NCBI GenBank assembly: GCA_018698135.1
Contig: JABINZ010000192.1
Span: 3,237 to 67,236 of the forward strand
Direction: 5' to 3'
Origin: Bacteroidota bacterium
GTDB lineage: Bacteria; Bacteroidota; Bacteroidia; CAILMK01; JAAYUY01
DNA length: 64,000 nt
This document shows, piece after piece, positions 8,703 through 18,302 of the stretch (the first letter of the stretch is position 1; each line of letters starts with the position of its first letter). Below the pieces are notes generated by a model, which had not been told where the DNA came from, ran no database searches, and saw only the letters and a program-made list of their open reading frames with translations. The translations under genes and the position numbers were made by a program.

Positions 8703-10700
8703 TTAGTTCATCAGCTTCCTAAACTCATTCAATTCGGAATTTGAAGGATATTTTTGATTCAATAAACTGTAATACTCCTTTGCACGCAAAATTTCTCTCC
8801 TGCTGATGTATAGTTTTAACAAGTTTAAATGAGCATTAAAATAATCTGGATCAATCCGTAATGCAGCATTGAAGTTTTTTTCAGCTGCTGGAAAATTATT
8901 ACTTATTAAATTTATAAAACCAAGATTATTATGCGCAATTGGAATCTTTGGATTCTCCGTAATAATAAATTCAAACTCTCTCTGAGCTTCGGCATATTTC
9001 TTTTTTAGGAGATATTCAGTACCCAGTTTATTTCGGTAATCAAGATTATAAGGCTGCTGATTTACTGCGATTGAAAAATATTGAATAGCCTTGTCGATTA
9101 ATTTCAAATAATGATACGACTGCCCAATCTGATAATTCATCACTGGATTTTCAAACACTTCATTCTTTACGTTTTTTTCAGTCAGTTGAATTATTTTGTT
9201 GTAGTTCTGTGCTAAAAAATAGTAGTAAATCCACCATTCAACAATTTCAATTTCCGAATACTTTTTAAAATAAAAGCTGGCTGAATCCAATAAGGAAGGA
9301 TCTGGATTAAACTTTTCAAAATGATACAAATAAGCCCTACCTATTGTTAAATTATCAGGATTACTATTGGTCATGCACTTTAAACCAAGAAATGCACCTG
9401 TTTCAATTTCATCAGTACTTTTTATCTCTTTTTTCCATTTATCCGTAACCCTTATATAATGATCAGAGATTCGCACATGTGGAATATCGAAAACACCGGT
9501 TTTTACCATATGACAAGTCATGCAGTTGTCGTTTTGCTTATTTCTTTCCAAAAAGCTTTCCTGACATACAAGCTTATTATCCGTATTATGACAGCTCATA
9601 CATTGATTTCGAAAAGTATCTATGGGTGTTTCTTTATAACTGATATGTCGCATAGATGCCGTAAAATGACATTTTGTACAGGTCAAAGGTTTGAAATCGG
9701 GATGATTTTGAGTAGCAAGAAAACACTTGCTTCTTTGAAGTCGTTCGGGATGTGTTTCCATCCAAAAAGCGTCCTCTTCATTTTCATACTTTTCTCTGAA
9801 AACATCCATAACTTCGGTTAAATACATGCCGGGTTTAAAGTCATAAAAATCTTTTCCTTCTTTTAAAACAGCATTTCCTTGCGTATGACATCTTGCGCAA
9901 AGTTCAAATTGCAAATCAGCTGATAATCGTTTTGGATTAACAATGGTGAAGTCAGCCTGCAGATCAGTATTCACAACCCTCCCTGATTTCATTGCTTCCA
10001 CATGCAATTCTCCAGGGCCATGGCATCTTTCACAATTAATTCCTAAAGGGATTTCTTCGTATTTATTTAACGAACCTTTGACTGGAGTTGGATAGGAATT
10101 ATGACATGTAATGCATTCGTGACCAATTATTCGACTAAATCGGGCATTATTACCTCCTTCAAAACCTGGGGGAAAATCCAATAAACTGATTTGAGTGTAG
10201 TACGTAAAAGGAACCTGAAAAAGATAGCCATTTACACTTTGGATATGCGAATTGGTATGCTGACCCGAACCAACAATGTAATCCACTATTTCTGTTCGCT
10301 CATATATTGTGTCTCCTTCTTCAACTCTGTACTCCTTGAGCATCATTAGCCCATTGTTCCAAAAAGGCTGATAATAGTAGTTTGACTTAGAGTCGTACAA
10401 AGGCAGATGTGGATTAAAAACAGATGCACTTTTTTCTTTGTTTGCAGCTCCCCATGAATGTCCCATGCCCGTTTGCATATAGGCTTTCCACATATCTAAA
10501 TGACATTCTTTGCAAGCCTCAATACCAACATATTCCACCGAATCGTGTAGATTAAGGAAACCCAAACTGTATACCAGTTCCTCGTCTGAAGAGTGCAGTA
10601 CTTCAAGCTCAGTTCTTTTCTGAGTCAAGGTAACAAAGAGTATTACAGCAATTGAAAAAAAGCCATAAAGAGGCAGCAAATATTTCTGTTTTTGGATCAA
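8703..10700 (-). CDS. Membrane-anchored multiheme (7x CxxCH) c-type cytochrome fused to C-terminal TPR repeats
   Basis: 665 aa; N-terminal TM; heme motifs CKECH, CITCH, CERCH, CARCH, CTKCH, CMSCH, CMTCH; C-terminal ~190 aa TPR-like (AEAQREFEFIITENPK...AHNNLGF..., AEKNFNAALRIDPDYFNAHLNL). Confidence 0.8.
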   Translation of the reverse strand: MIQKQKYLLPLYGFFSIAVILFVTLTQKRTELEVLHSSDEELVYSLGFLNLHDSVEYVGIEACKECHLDMWKAYMQTGMGHSWGAANKEKSASVFNPHLPLYDSKSNYYYQPFWNNGLMMLKEYRVEEGDTIYERTEIVDYIVGSGQHTNSHIQSVNGYLFQVPFTYYTQISLLDFPPGFEGGNNARFSRIIGHECITCHNSYPTPVKGSLNKYEEIPLGINCERCHGPGELHVEAMKSGRVVNTDLQADFTIVNPKRLSADLQFELCARCHTQGNAVLKEGKDFYDFKPGMYLTEVMDVFREKYENEEDAFWMETHPERLQRSKCFLATQNHPDFKPLTCTKCHFTASMRHISYKETPIDTFRNQCMSCHNTDNKLVCQESFLERNKQNDNCMTCHMVKTGVFDIPHVRISDHYIRVTDKWKKEIKSTDEIETGAFLGLKCMTNSNPDNLTIGRAYLYHFEKFNPDPSLLDSASFYFKKYSEIEIVEWWIYYYFLAQNYNKIIQLTEKNVKNEVFENPVMNYQIGQSYHYLKLIDKAIQYFSIAVNQQPYNLDYRNKLGTEYLLKKKYAEAQREFEFIITENPKIPIAHNNLGFINLISNNFPAAEKNFNAALRIDPDYFNAHLNLLKLYISRREILRAKEYYSLLNQKYPSNSELNEFRKLMN

Positions 10701-10786
10701 ATGCCTAATTTTAAAACGAAAATAAGGCTATTCATGGAATAGAATTCATAAATCTTTTGTGCAAGATGTGGAAAGCAATGCAATCG

Positions 10787-12499
10787 TTAACCAATGATCA
10801 TACCTGCTATACTCGCTGATAAAAGTGATGCAATTGTGCCACCAGCGAGTGCCTTCAAACCCAATTTTGAAAGATTTTTCCGCTGCCCGGGAGCCAATGC
10901 ACTGATACCTCCTATTTGAATCCCAATTGAAGCAAAATTTGCAAACCCACACAAAGCATAGGTTGTAATAATCACTGACCTTGGATCAGTTAACAGGAAG
11001 GAATTTTTCAGATTAGACATACTAGCATATGCATAGAACTCATTCAATATGGTTTTTTCACCTAAAAGCTGGCCAACCATTACCAAGTCCACATTAGGAA
11101 TCCCAATTAACCAGGCAATTGGGGCAAAAATCATCCCCAATAAGTACTGCATGTTTAGGCCTTCGTATTGTCCTCCACTATTTACAGCAATAATTTCATT
11201 TAATCCTGTAGGAGCTCCAATCCAATTGAAAACCACATAATTAAGCATGGCCATTAAAGCTGTAAACACCAAGAGCATTGCCCCAACATTGACTGCTAGT
11301 TTCAATCCGTCAGTTGTTCCTTTAGCTAAGGCATCCAACACATTGCTACCTACAACTTCTTTTGAAACTTTCAGATCTTTATCAATCTTTTCACTCTCGG
11401 GATGCATGATTTTAGCTATGAATAGAGCCGCTGGAGCATTCATTATGGATGCTGTAAGCAGGTGTGTTGCAAATAGCCTTTGTTGTTCAGGATCTGATCC
11501 TCCTAAAAAACCAATGTAAGCTGCAAGTACACCTCCTGCAATTGTGGCCATACCTCCTGTCATGAGTGCCATTATTTCAGATTTGGTCATTTTCTCCAAA
11601 TAGGGCTTAATAACCAATGGAGCTTCGGTTTGACCAATAAAAACATTGGAGGCAGCAGCCAAACTTTCCGCACCCGACAAGCTCATTGTTTTTTTCATTA
11701 CCCAAGCAAAAACGAAAACAATTTTCTGCAAAATACCAAAGTAATAGAGCAAGGACGTAAAAGCTGAAAAGAACAAAACAGTTGGTAGTATTTTGAAAGC
11801 GAAAATAATCCCAAAAGAATCTGTGTTTTCTACCAAAGAACCAAAAACAAAAGCAGAACCTTTATCAGTAAACGCTAATAATTCAACAAAGAACCTAGAA
11901 ATATAACCAAAACCAGTTTGAACCACACCAATTTTCAAAATACTAAATGCAAAAATTATCTGCAGACTTATACCAACCAAGGGAATTCGCCAATTGATGC
12001 CCTTTTTATTATTACTGATTAAAAATGCAAAGAAAACTAATACTAAAATTCCAAGTATACCCCGGTAATCAGCAAATAAGTTCGAACTTATTGATGACGA
12101 TCGCAAAACAAATACATGAGTGGAATTTTTAATGACTAACTCTCTTTCATTACACTTAATTATTTCGAATTCCTGAACATGAGAAGAGGATGATTTCAAA
12201 ACCAAAGTAGATGTGCTATCGATAAAATTCCATTGCCCTTTTAGCTCTAGCTTACTTTTAGTATTTGAATATACATAGCTGCCGTTTTCATTGATTGATA
12301 ATGTTAAATGAGCAATTGGGACAGTTTTTTTAACACCAATTTTCCCTGCCTGACTGGGCATAAAATTCCACTGCTTTTTGAAATTACTAATTTCAATATT
12401 GCTGGCTTGTGCAATTTGTAAAGTGGAAATAATAAATAGGATAAAGAAATAAAAGAGTTTGCGCTTTGGCCTAATTTGAATCAGTTTCAGTGGATTCAT
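10787..12499 (-). CDS. Concentrative nucleoside transporter (NupC/CNT family) with an N-terminal signal peptide and an extra ~130-aa extracytoplasmic domain
   Basis: 570 aa; C-terminal CNT signature (GFANFASIGIQIGGISALAPGQR...); the N-terminal extension has no recognisable motif. Confidence 0.8.
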   Translation of the reverse strand: MNPLKLIQIRPKRKLFYFFILFIISTLQIAQASNIEISNFKKQWNFMPSQAGKIGVKKTVPIAHLTLSINENGSYVYSNTKSKLELKGQWNFIDSTSTLVLKSSSSHVQEFEIIKCNERELVIKNSTHVFVLRSSSISSNLFADYRGILGILVLVFFAFLISNNKKGINWRIPLVGISLQIIFAFSILKIGVVQTGFGYISRFFVELLAFTDKGSAFVFGSLVENTDSFGIIFAFKILPTVLFFSAFTSLLYYFGILQKIVFVFAWVMKKTMSLSGAESLAAASNVFIGQTEAPLVIKPYLEKMTKSEIMALMTGGMATIAGGVLAAYIGFLGGSDPEQQRLFATHLLTASIMNAPAALFIAKIMHPESEKIDKDLKVSKEVVGSNVLDALAKGTTDGLKLAVNVGAMLLVFTALMAMLNYVVFNWIGAPTGLNEIIAVNSGGQYEGLNMQYLLGMIFAPIAWLIGIPNVDLVMVGQLLGEKTILNEFYAYASMSNLKNSFLLTDPRSVIITTYALCGFANFASIGIQIGGISALAPGQRKNLSKLGLKALAGGTIASLLSASIAGMIIG

Positions 12500-13130
12500 T
12501 ATCTTCTTCGATTTTTTTTATGATGTCTCTTATCTTAGCTGCTTTGAAATAATCTTCCCGATTAATGGCTTCTTTCAATAAAGTTTTTAAGCGACTCACA
12601 GAATAGTTGTTGTAATCTTCTTCTTTCTCAAGCAATGCCTGCACAGACTCTTCTAACTCGTCTTCATTCTCCTCAAAACCTTCAGTAAGTTTCTCTTCTG
12701 CTTGGGTTCCTTTAATATCCATTGATTTCATAGAAATTCCAGCCTCTTCAATCACACTTTCAAAGGTATAAATCGGACAATTAAATCGCAAAGCCAAGGC
12801 AATTGCATCGGAAGTTCTGGAATCAATTTCCTGACTAGTTGTGCCATCAGTTGCAATCAAATTCGCATAAAAAATTCCCTCATGAATTTTATGAATAATC
12901 ACTTCCTTAACTCTGATTCCAAATGAATTTGAGAACATTTTAAAAAGATCATGAGTCATAGGACGTAAGGGCTCAATCTTCTCAATTTCAATAGCTATAG
13001 CTTGCGCTTCAAGCACTCCAATTACGACTGGTAACTTACGTTCTCCATTCACTTCTTCCAATAGAAGCGTATAGGAAGAAGCTACATTGCCTGATGAAAT
13101 ACCCAATATTTTCAACTGTACTTTTTGCAT
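12471..13130 (-). CDS. Bifunctional nuclease (BFN/DUF151) domain protein with C-terminal UVR motif
   Basis: 219 aa; DUF151-like N-terminal domain (LPVVIGVLEAQAIAIE...), acidic linker, UvrB/C-like motif EDYFKAAKIRDII; overlaps the transporter gene by 29 nt. Confidence 0.65.
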   Translation of the reverse strand: MQKVQLKILGISSGNVASSYTLLLEEVNGERKLPVVIGVLEAQAIAIEIEKIEPLRPMTHDLFKMFSNSFGIRVKEVIIHKIHEGIFYANLIATDGTTSQEIDSRTSDAIALALRFNCPIYTFESVIEEAGISMKSMDIKGTQAEEKLTEGFEENEDELEESVQALLEKEEDYNNYSVSRLKTLLKEAINREDYFKAAKIRDIIKKIEEDNESTETDSN

Positions 13131-13220
13131 CTAAATAAATTATGACTGATCAAAGTTAACTCAAGCGCTTCAGAAAAGAAAATTTTAAGTGAAATTTAAA
13201 GCTAAGGTAATTGATATACA

Positions 13221-13928
13221 TTATCCTTCAAAATGAAAGGAAATGAAAACAAAATTTGAATAAAACTTGTCAAATATGCCTGTATAAATATCATCATAAG
13301 GGGCAAGTATATTGTTTATGCCTCTACTGAGCTTGATTTCGGGAGAAAACTTAAAGAAATAAAAATACATATCGAATCCACATCCAAATTCATAGGCATA
13401 TGAGAAAGGTTTAATAGCAACTACTGAATTATTTGGATCACGAACAGCTTGTGCATCGGAACCAAAATCCCATGATCCCTTTGCTCCTCCGATAACATAA
13501 AATCGAATATTTCCGTGTCTGACAGATTTATACTTAACCAAAACAGGTAACTCAAAAAAGACCGATTCAATGCTTTTAGTGATGATGGAATTGTCAGCAA
13601 AATAGTAATTAATAGAACGAGAAGAAAGTACCAATGAAGGTAATGCTCTTAAGTCAAAAAATTGTCCAAAATGAATATCAGAAACAGCACCAATAGTAAT
13701 GCCTGGTATTCGTTTCATCTCCACTGTTAATAAGGAGGTTTCTTCATAAAACTTGGGTGAAAATTCGTACTTAAAAGTGGAAAAGCTGGTGCCTAAAGTA
13801 AACCCAAAATGAATTTTACGTCCATAATCAAAACGAGGCAAGTTTCTGGTTTGTGCATTTAACAAGACCGGAAAAAGCACCATTAAAAGTATGATTACTA
13901 TTATTTTATGCCTGTGTATATTGTACAA
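13221..13928 (-). CDS. Outer-membrane beta-barrel protein (PorT-like/OmpA-like barrel), signal peptide
   Basis: 235 aa; signal peptide, alternating hydrophobic beta-strand pattern, aromatic C-terminus (ISFHFEG). Confidence 0.5.
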   Translation of the reverse strand: MYNIHRHKIIVIILLMVLFPVLLNAQTRNLPRFDYGRKIHFGFTLGTSFSTFKYEFSPKFYEETSLLTVEMKRIPGITIGAVSDIHFGQFFDLRALPSLVLSSRSINYYFADNSIITKSIESVFFELPVLVKYKSVRHGNIRFYVIGGAKGSWDFGSDAQAVRDPNNSVVAIKPFSYAYEFGCGFDMYFYFFKFSPEIKLSRGINNILAPYDDIYTGIFDKFYSNFVFISFHFEG

Positions 13929-14632
13929 ATTCCTAAACTTAATGTTTTTGCCTCTAACTTACTAAAACCAATTTCTTTTAATAATGATAAAAACGCTTCT
14001 CCATAAGGAAACTGCTCAACAGATTCGGGTAAATAACGGTATGCATAAACATTACCGCTTATAATTCGACCAATTAAAGGTACAACTCTATTAAAATAAA
14101 AAAGATACAATGCCTTAATTAGTTTTGAACTAGGCATTGAAAATTCCATAATTAACAATTTACCATCCTTCTTAAGAACTCTATGCATCTCTTTCAAACC
14201 TTGATTCAAATTTTCAAAGTTCCTTACGCCAAAAGAAACGCTAACTGCATCAAAAAAATTGTCTTCAAAAATAAGATTTTCTGAATCACCAAGCTGAAGC
14301 TCAATTACATTATCCAGTTTAAGTTTTTCAACTTTGACCTGACCTACTTCTAACATTTTTTCTGAAATGTCAACGCCAATTATTCTTTCAGCATTCAAAT
14401 CTTTTGCTTCCTGAATAGCTAAATCTGCTGTTCCAGTAGCAATATCCAATACTATGTTTGGATTATTCTCTTTCAATATTTTGGTCGCAATTTTACGCCA
14501 TCTAATATCAATTCCAAGAGAGAGTATACGATCCATTAAATCGTATTTTTGGGAAATAGAATTAAACATTTCCCGCACATATATCTTCTTTCCCTGCTCT
14601 CGGGCAAGGTCAGCTTCATTTTTATTCATCAA
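13901..14632 (-). CDS. ubiE: Demethylmenaquinone / ubiquinone C-methyltransferase UbiE/MenG
   Basis: 243 aa; UbiE blocks (EMFNSISQKYDLMDRILSLGID.RWRK; LDIATGTADLA; SVSFGVRNF; VLKKDGKLLIMEFS). Confidence 0.85.
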   Translation of the reverse strand: MMNKNEADLAREQGKKIYVREMFNSISQKYDLMDRILSLGIDIRWRKIATKILKENNPNIVLDIATGTADLAIQEAKDLNAERIIGVDISEKMLEVGQVKVEKLKLDNVIELQLGDSENLIFEDNFFDAVSVSFGVRNFENLNQGLKEMHRVLKKDGKLLIMEFSMPSSKLIKALYLFYFNRVVPLIGRIISGNVYAYRYLPESVEQFPYGEAFLSLLKEIGFSKLEAKTLSLGICTIYTGIK

Positions 14633-14637
14633 TTAGA

Positions 14638-15969
14638 TTACAAAGATTTTAGAACCTCCACATAATTGTCGAGTTCCGCTTTGCTTCTCTTTTCTGTAAC
14701 TGCTATTAATAAGCCTGTGTTTCCAAATTTCTTAAGATTCAAACCACCCATTATCTTTTGATCGTGCAATTTGGCCAGTATATCATCTACATTTTTCTCA
14801 CAATTGATGGCAAATTCATTGAAAAACTCTTTCTTGTATTTTAACTCAAATCCAGGTATTTTTTCAATTTCTTCTGCCAAATAATGTGCCTTGTTATAAC
14901 ATTGCTTAGCTACTTCGACTAAACCTTCTTTTCCAATATAAGTCAGGTAGGTTAGAACGGCCAATGTAATAAGACCTTGGTTTGTACAAATATTCGATGT
15001 TGCTTTTTCGCGCTTGATGTGTTGCTCGCGTGTTTGTAAAGCCAATACAAATCCCTCTTTGCCTTTTGAATCGAGTGTTTTACCAGCCATTCTTCCCGGC
15101 ATTTTACGAATATTAGCGTCCTTGGTTGCGAATAAGCCGATGTAAGGTCCACCAAAACTCAATGGAACACCTAACGGTTGACCCTCAGCAATAGCTATGT
15201 CAGCTCCATAATCGCCTGGTGATTTTAATATACCAACTGTAATAGGATTAAAAGAAACGATAAACTGTACTTTGGGAAACTCTTTCACTAATTTGTTGAT
15301 TTCATCAACTTGCTCCAAATTGCCAAAAAAGTTAGGATGTTGCACGATGACAGCGGCTACATCATCACTCAATTTTGACTTTAAATCAGCCAGACTAATG
15401 GTTCCATCATCTTCTGCGATTTCATCATAAGTGACACTTATTCCAGATAAATAAGTTGTTAATACTTCCTTATAATGATCGTGAAGTGTAGATGCAACCA
15501 GAATTTTATCTTTTCGGCTTATATTCATGGCCATAATAGCTGCTTCAGCAATAGCACTTCCTCCATCATATAATGAAGCATTGGCAATATCCAATCCGGC
15601 TAACATACTTACACATGATTGAAATTCATACATAACCTGTAAAGTACCTTGGGATAATTCTGCCTGATAGGGTGTATATGCTGTGTAAAACTCTGGACGA
15701 GATATGACATGATCAACAATTGCTGGAATAAAATGATCGTAAGCGCCTCCACCTAAATAGCTGGCAAATTCCGTTACGGTTTCATTTTTATTACTTAAAT
15801 CTCTCATATGCTTTAATACTTCATATTCAGAAAAAGCATCTGAAATTTTCAGATCACCTTTTAATCTTAATGAAGCAGGAATATTTGAAATTAAATCTTC
15901 AAATGAATTTACACCAATAATCTTAAGCATTTCTGCTCTTTCAGCATCAGTATTTGGAATGTAAGTCAT
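14638..15969 (-). CDS. gcvPA: Glycine dehydrogenase (decarboxylating) subunit 1, GcvPA; start placed at the internal Met 'MTYIPNTD', not the longer ORF start at 16026
   Basis: N-terminal 'MTYIPNTDAERAEML' and the PLP-dependent GcvP alpha-subunit blocks; ~443 aa, typical of split GcvPA. Confidence 0.85.
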   Translation of the reverse strand: MTYIPNTDAERAEMLKIIGVNSFEDLISNIPASLRLKGDLKISDAFSEYEVLKHMRDLSNKNETVTEFASYLGGGAYDHFIPAIVDHVISRPEFYTAYTPYQAELSQGTLQVMYEFQSCVSMLAGLDIANASLYDGGSAIAEAAIMAMNISRKDKILVASTLHDHYKEVLTTYLSGISVTYDEIAEDDGTISLADLKSKLSDDVAAVIVQHPNFFGNLEQVDEINKLVKEFPKVQFIVSFNPITVGILKSPGDYGADIAIAEGQPLGVPLSFGGPYIGLFATKDANIRKMPGRMAGKTLDSKGKEGFVLALQTREQHIKREKATSNICTNQGLITLAVLTYLTYIGKEGLVEVAKQCYNKAHYLAEEIEKIPGFELKYKKEFFNEFAINCEKNVDDILAKLHDQKIMGGLNLKKFGNTGLLIAVTEKRSKAELDNYVEVLKSL

Positions 15970-16104
15970 GTAAATATTTTTTATTATGATGTTTTTAACT
16001 AAATGACAATATTTTTGCGGTGGCAAGTTAATAATTTTAGTTGTTCTTCATATTAATTATATTGGAGAAAAACATATCTACACAACAAACTATTTATCAA
16101 AGAG

Positions 16105-16725
16105 ATGATTAAAAAAATAATCAAAAAAGCAGAGTATATTTCAAGTCAGCCAACATGGAAAACATTAGTATTTGAAAAAAGTCATGAATATGCTTTTATT
16201 GGGCGGTCTAATGTTGGAAAATCATCACTGATAAATGCCTTGTGTGATAAGAAAAAGTTAGCACTGGTTTCAAAAAAACCCGGTAAAACAAAAATGCTTA
16301 ATTTGTTCAGGATCAATGATGCATGGAATTTAATGGATTTACCTGGCTATGGTTATGCAAAAGCATCTAAAACTGATCGAGTTGGATTTCAGGAAATGTT
16401 GAGTGATTATTTCAATAATCGCAAAAACTTGGTCAATGTGTTTGTGCTGGTGGATCCCAATATTCCTCCGCAAAAAATTGATATTGATTTCATCAACTTT
16501 CTGGGTGAAAATGTAGTGGCTTTCGCAATTGTGTATACCAAAACGGATAAAAGTACATTGAACAAAATCAATCAAAACATACAGGCATTCGAAAGAGAAC
16601 TGCTAAAAGAGTGGGAAGAACTCCCCCCTTCTTTCCGTACATCAGCAAATACCAAAGATGGAATTGAAAAGATAACCAGTTATATTGATCAACTCAATAA
16701 GGAAGTTGAATTGTTGAAGGATTAA
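16105..16725 (+). CDS. engB: Ribosome biogenesis GTP-binding protein YihA/YsxC/EngB
   Basis: 206 aa; G1 GRSNVGKSS, G3 DLPGYGY, G4 TKTD. Confidence 0.85.
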   Translation: MIKKIIKKAEYISSQPTWKTLVFEKSHEYAFIGRSNVGKSSLINALCDKKKLALVSKKPGKTKMLNLFRINDAWNLMDLPGYGYAKASKTDRVGFQEMLSDYFNNRKNLVNVFVLVDPNIPPQKIDIDFINFLGENVVAFAIVYTKTDKSTLNKINQNIQAFERELLKEWEELPPSFRTSANTKDGIEKITSYIDQLNKEVELLKD

Positions 16726-16831
16726 GAAATTGCTAAACTGTTAAATTGCTAAACTGTTAAATTGTTATATTGTAGAATTGCTTTGCTTCCTATTCGTCAT
16801 TGCGAATGGAACGAAGTGGAAAGACGCAATC

Positions 16832-18271
16832 TCATCGATAAATCTGAATAGTTTGAATTCGGTGTTTCCCAATTAAAGGAGTAACTTTTACAATGTATGT
16901 TCCTTTGTTTAGCTTTTCGATATTTATTCTGTGCCATTTTTCATGTAAATCAGTAACATGATAAAGCCTGTCTCCACTTACTGAAAACAATTCAATTTCA
17001 CCAATGCTTAAATCCAAATGATAAGACTGTATGTACAGATAGGTAGTAGCAGGATTGGGATAAATCAAAAAGTCCCGTATAAAATCTACCTCAATGTCTG
17101 TTGAACCACATTTCTTTACTAAAATCTGATAGGCACGACTAGAAGTTGCCTCCATAGTACAAGCGTCATCGACAACAGAAACTGAAAAACTATAGGGTAT
17201 AGTGCTTATATCTGTAGTAGTTGTTGCCCATAAAAAAGTTCCTGTAGGATGCTTTGTTTGATTATTATTATCAGACCAATGTACACCAGCAATTTTGTTA
17301 TTTAAAGTTAGCCTTAATGTATCCTTTGAATCATAATCATTTGAATGAATAATAAACTTAGCTGTATCTCCTCCACAAACCTCTTTGTAATATGGACCCG
17401 ACAATACAGGAGGATTGTTATTCGGACAACTCAGAACAATGAATTGAAAAATTCTGTTTACAAGTCCAAGTCGAGTAGCACCACGATATACAGATGCTTC
17501 AACCATAAAAACCGTAGTCTGAATTTTCATGGGTCGAAAACGTAATTTCTGCGATTGCGCATGCAAAACAAAACCTCTGGGAAATGGATATTGATCTGGA
17601 AACCCCCAATAGTAAATAGGTTTACTATAACTATAGTTATCGCTGTAGCTAATTGGATGCCCTGTATTTGCAGGTATTTCTTTCATGGAATAGACAATGG
17701 AATCATACTCCTTTTCATTTGAGCATGCCAAATCAACTTCAATATCTCGTCCGATGCAGAAAATCTGAGTAGGCAAAGATTGAAAGTCTGGCGAATTTAC
17801 TTTAGACTTCAAACAAATATTTATCCTGGACTCCAATACAGCAGCCTGCCCCTCTTTTAGGGTCATAATATTTTTATTGAAAAACAGGTCGTCAACTCGC
17901 AGGATAATTTCACATTCTGTTGGTAATCTTTGTATGACTAAAACACCCTGGTATATACATTCCTGAAAACCAAAAGGAAAAGAACATGATAAATTATCAC
18001 AACGCGTACAGCAATGCTTGCAAACGGGTGTTACATCTTTTGTTGCAACCTGTTCTAGGATTATCTTTTTAGCCAAAGCACCCGATTTTGCATAATTTAC
18101 AGACAACAGTTTTTGCTTGAACTCTTCTTCATTGCAATCCCTGTAAAGTTTTGCCTCAATTAAAAAACTATCCTGCCCTATTTGTGTCCAGCCTATTTCG
18201 CCAGCCATAAAACTAGCTTTTGCCAAAAACCCAGTAGTAATCAATAATAAGGTTAAAAGTAAATTTTTCAT
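16832..18271 (-). CDS. Secreted T9SS cargo protein, paralog A: signal peptide, Cys-rich N-terminal domain shared with the next three genes, type-A T9SS C-terminal sorting domain
   Basis: 479 aa; N-terminal GEIGWTQIGQDSFLIEAKLYRDCN, SYSKPIYYWGFP, FRPMKI, YQILV blocks shared with paralogs B-D; C-terminus IYPNPA...KGTYIVKV... resembles a Por_Secre_tail. Confidence 0.7.
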   Translation of the reverse strand: MKNLLLTLLLITTGFLAKASFMAGEIGWTQIGQDSFLIEAKLYRDCNEEEFKQKLLSVNYAKSGALAKKIILEQVATKDVTPVCKHCCTRCDNLSCSFPFGFQECIYQGVLVIQRLPTECEIILRVDDLFFNKNIMTLKEGQAAVLESRINICLKSKVNSPDFQSLPTQIFCIGRDIEVDLACSNEKEYDSIVYSMKEIPANTGHPISYSDNYSYSKPIYYWGFPDQYPFPRGFVLHAQSQKLRFRPMKIQTTVFMVEASVYRGATRLGLVNRIFQFIVLSCPNNNPPVLSGPYYKEVCGGDTAKFIIHSNDYDSKDTLRLTLNNKIAGVHWSDNNNQTKHPTGTFLWATTTTDISTIPYSFSVSVVDDACTMEATSSRAYQILVKKCGSTDIEVDFIRDFLIYPNPATTYLYIQSYHLDLSIGEIELFSVSGDRLYHVTDLHEKWHRINIEKLNKGTYIVKVTPLIGKHRIQTIQIYR

Positions 18272-18302
18272 CTGATGAAAATATTTATGTTGATTTCAAA
18301 AT

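Noticed and set aside
10746-10952. 68-aa minus-strand ORF overlapping the 3' end of the nucleoside transporter gene
   Set aside because: Out-of-frame overlap with a well-supported CDS; Cys/Trp-rich junk translation.
16726-16831. Tandem 'ttgctaaactgttaaa' x2 and a cattgcg/cgcaat inverted repeat between convergent engB and paralog A, considered as a bidirectional terminator
   Set aside because: Stem only ~6 bp and no clear T-run; too weak to call.
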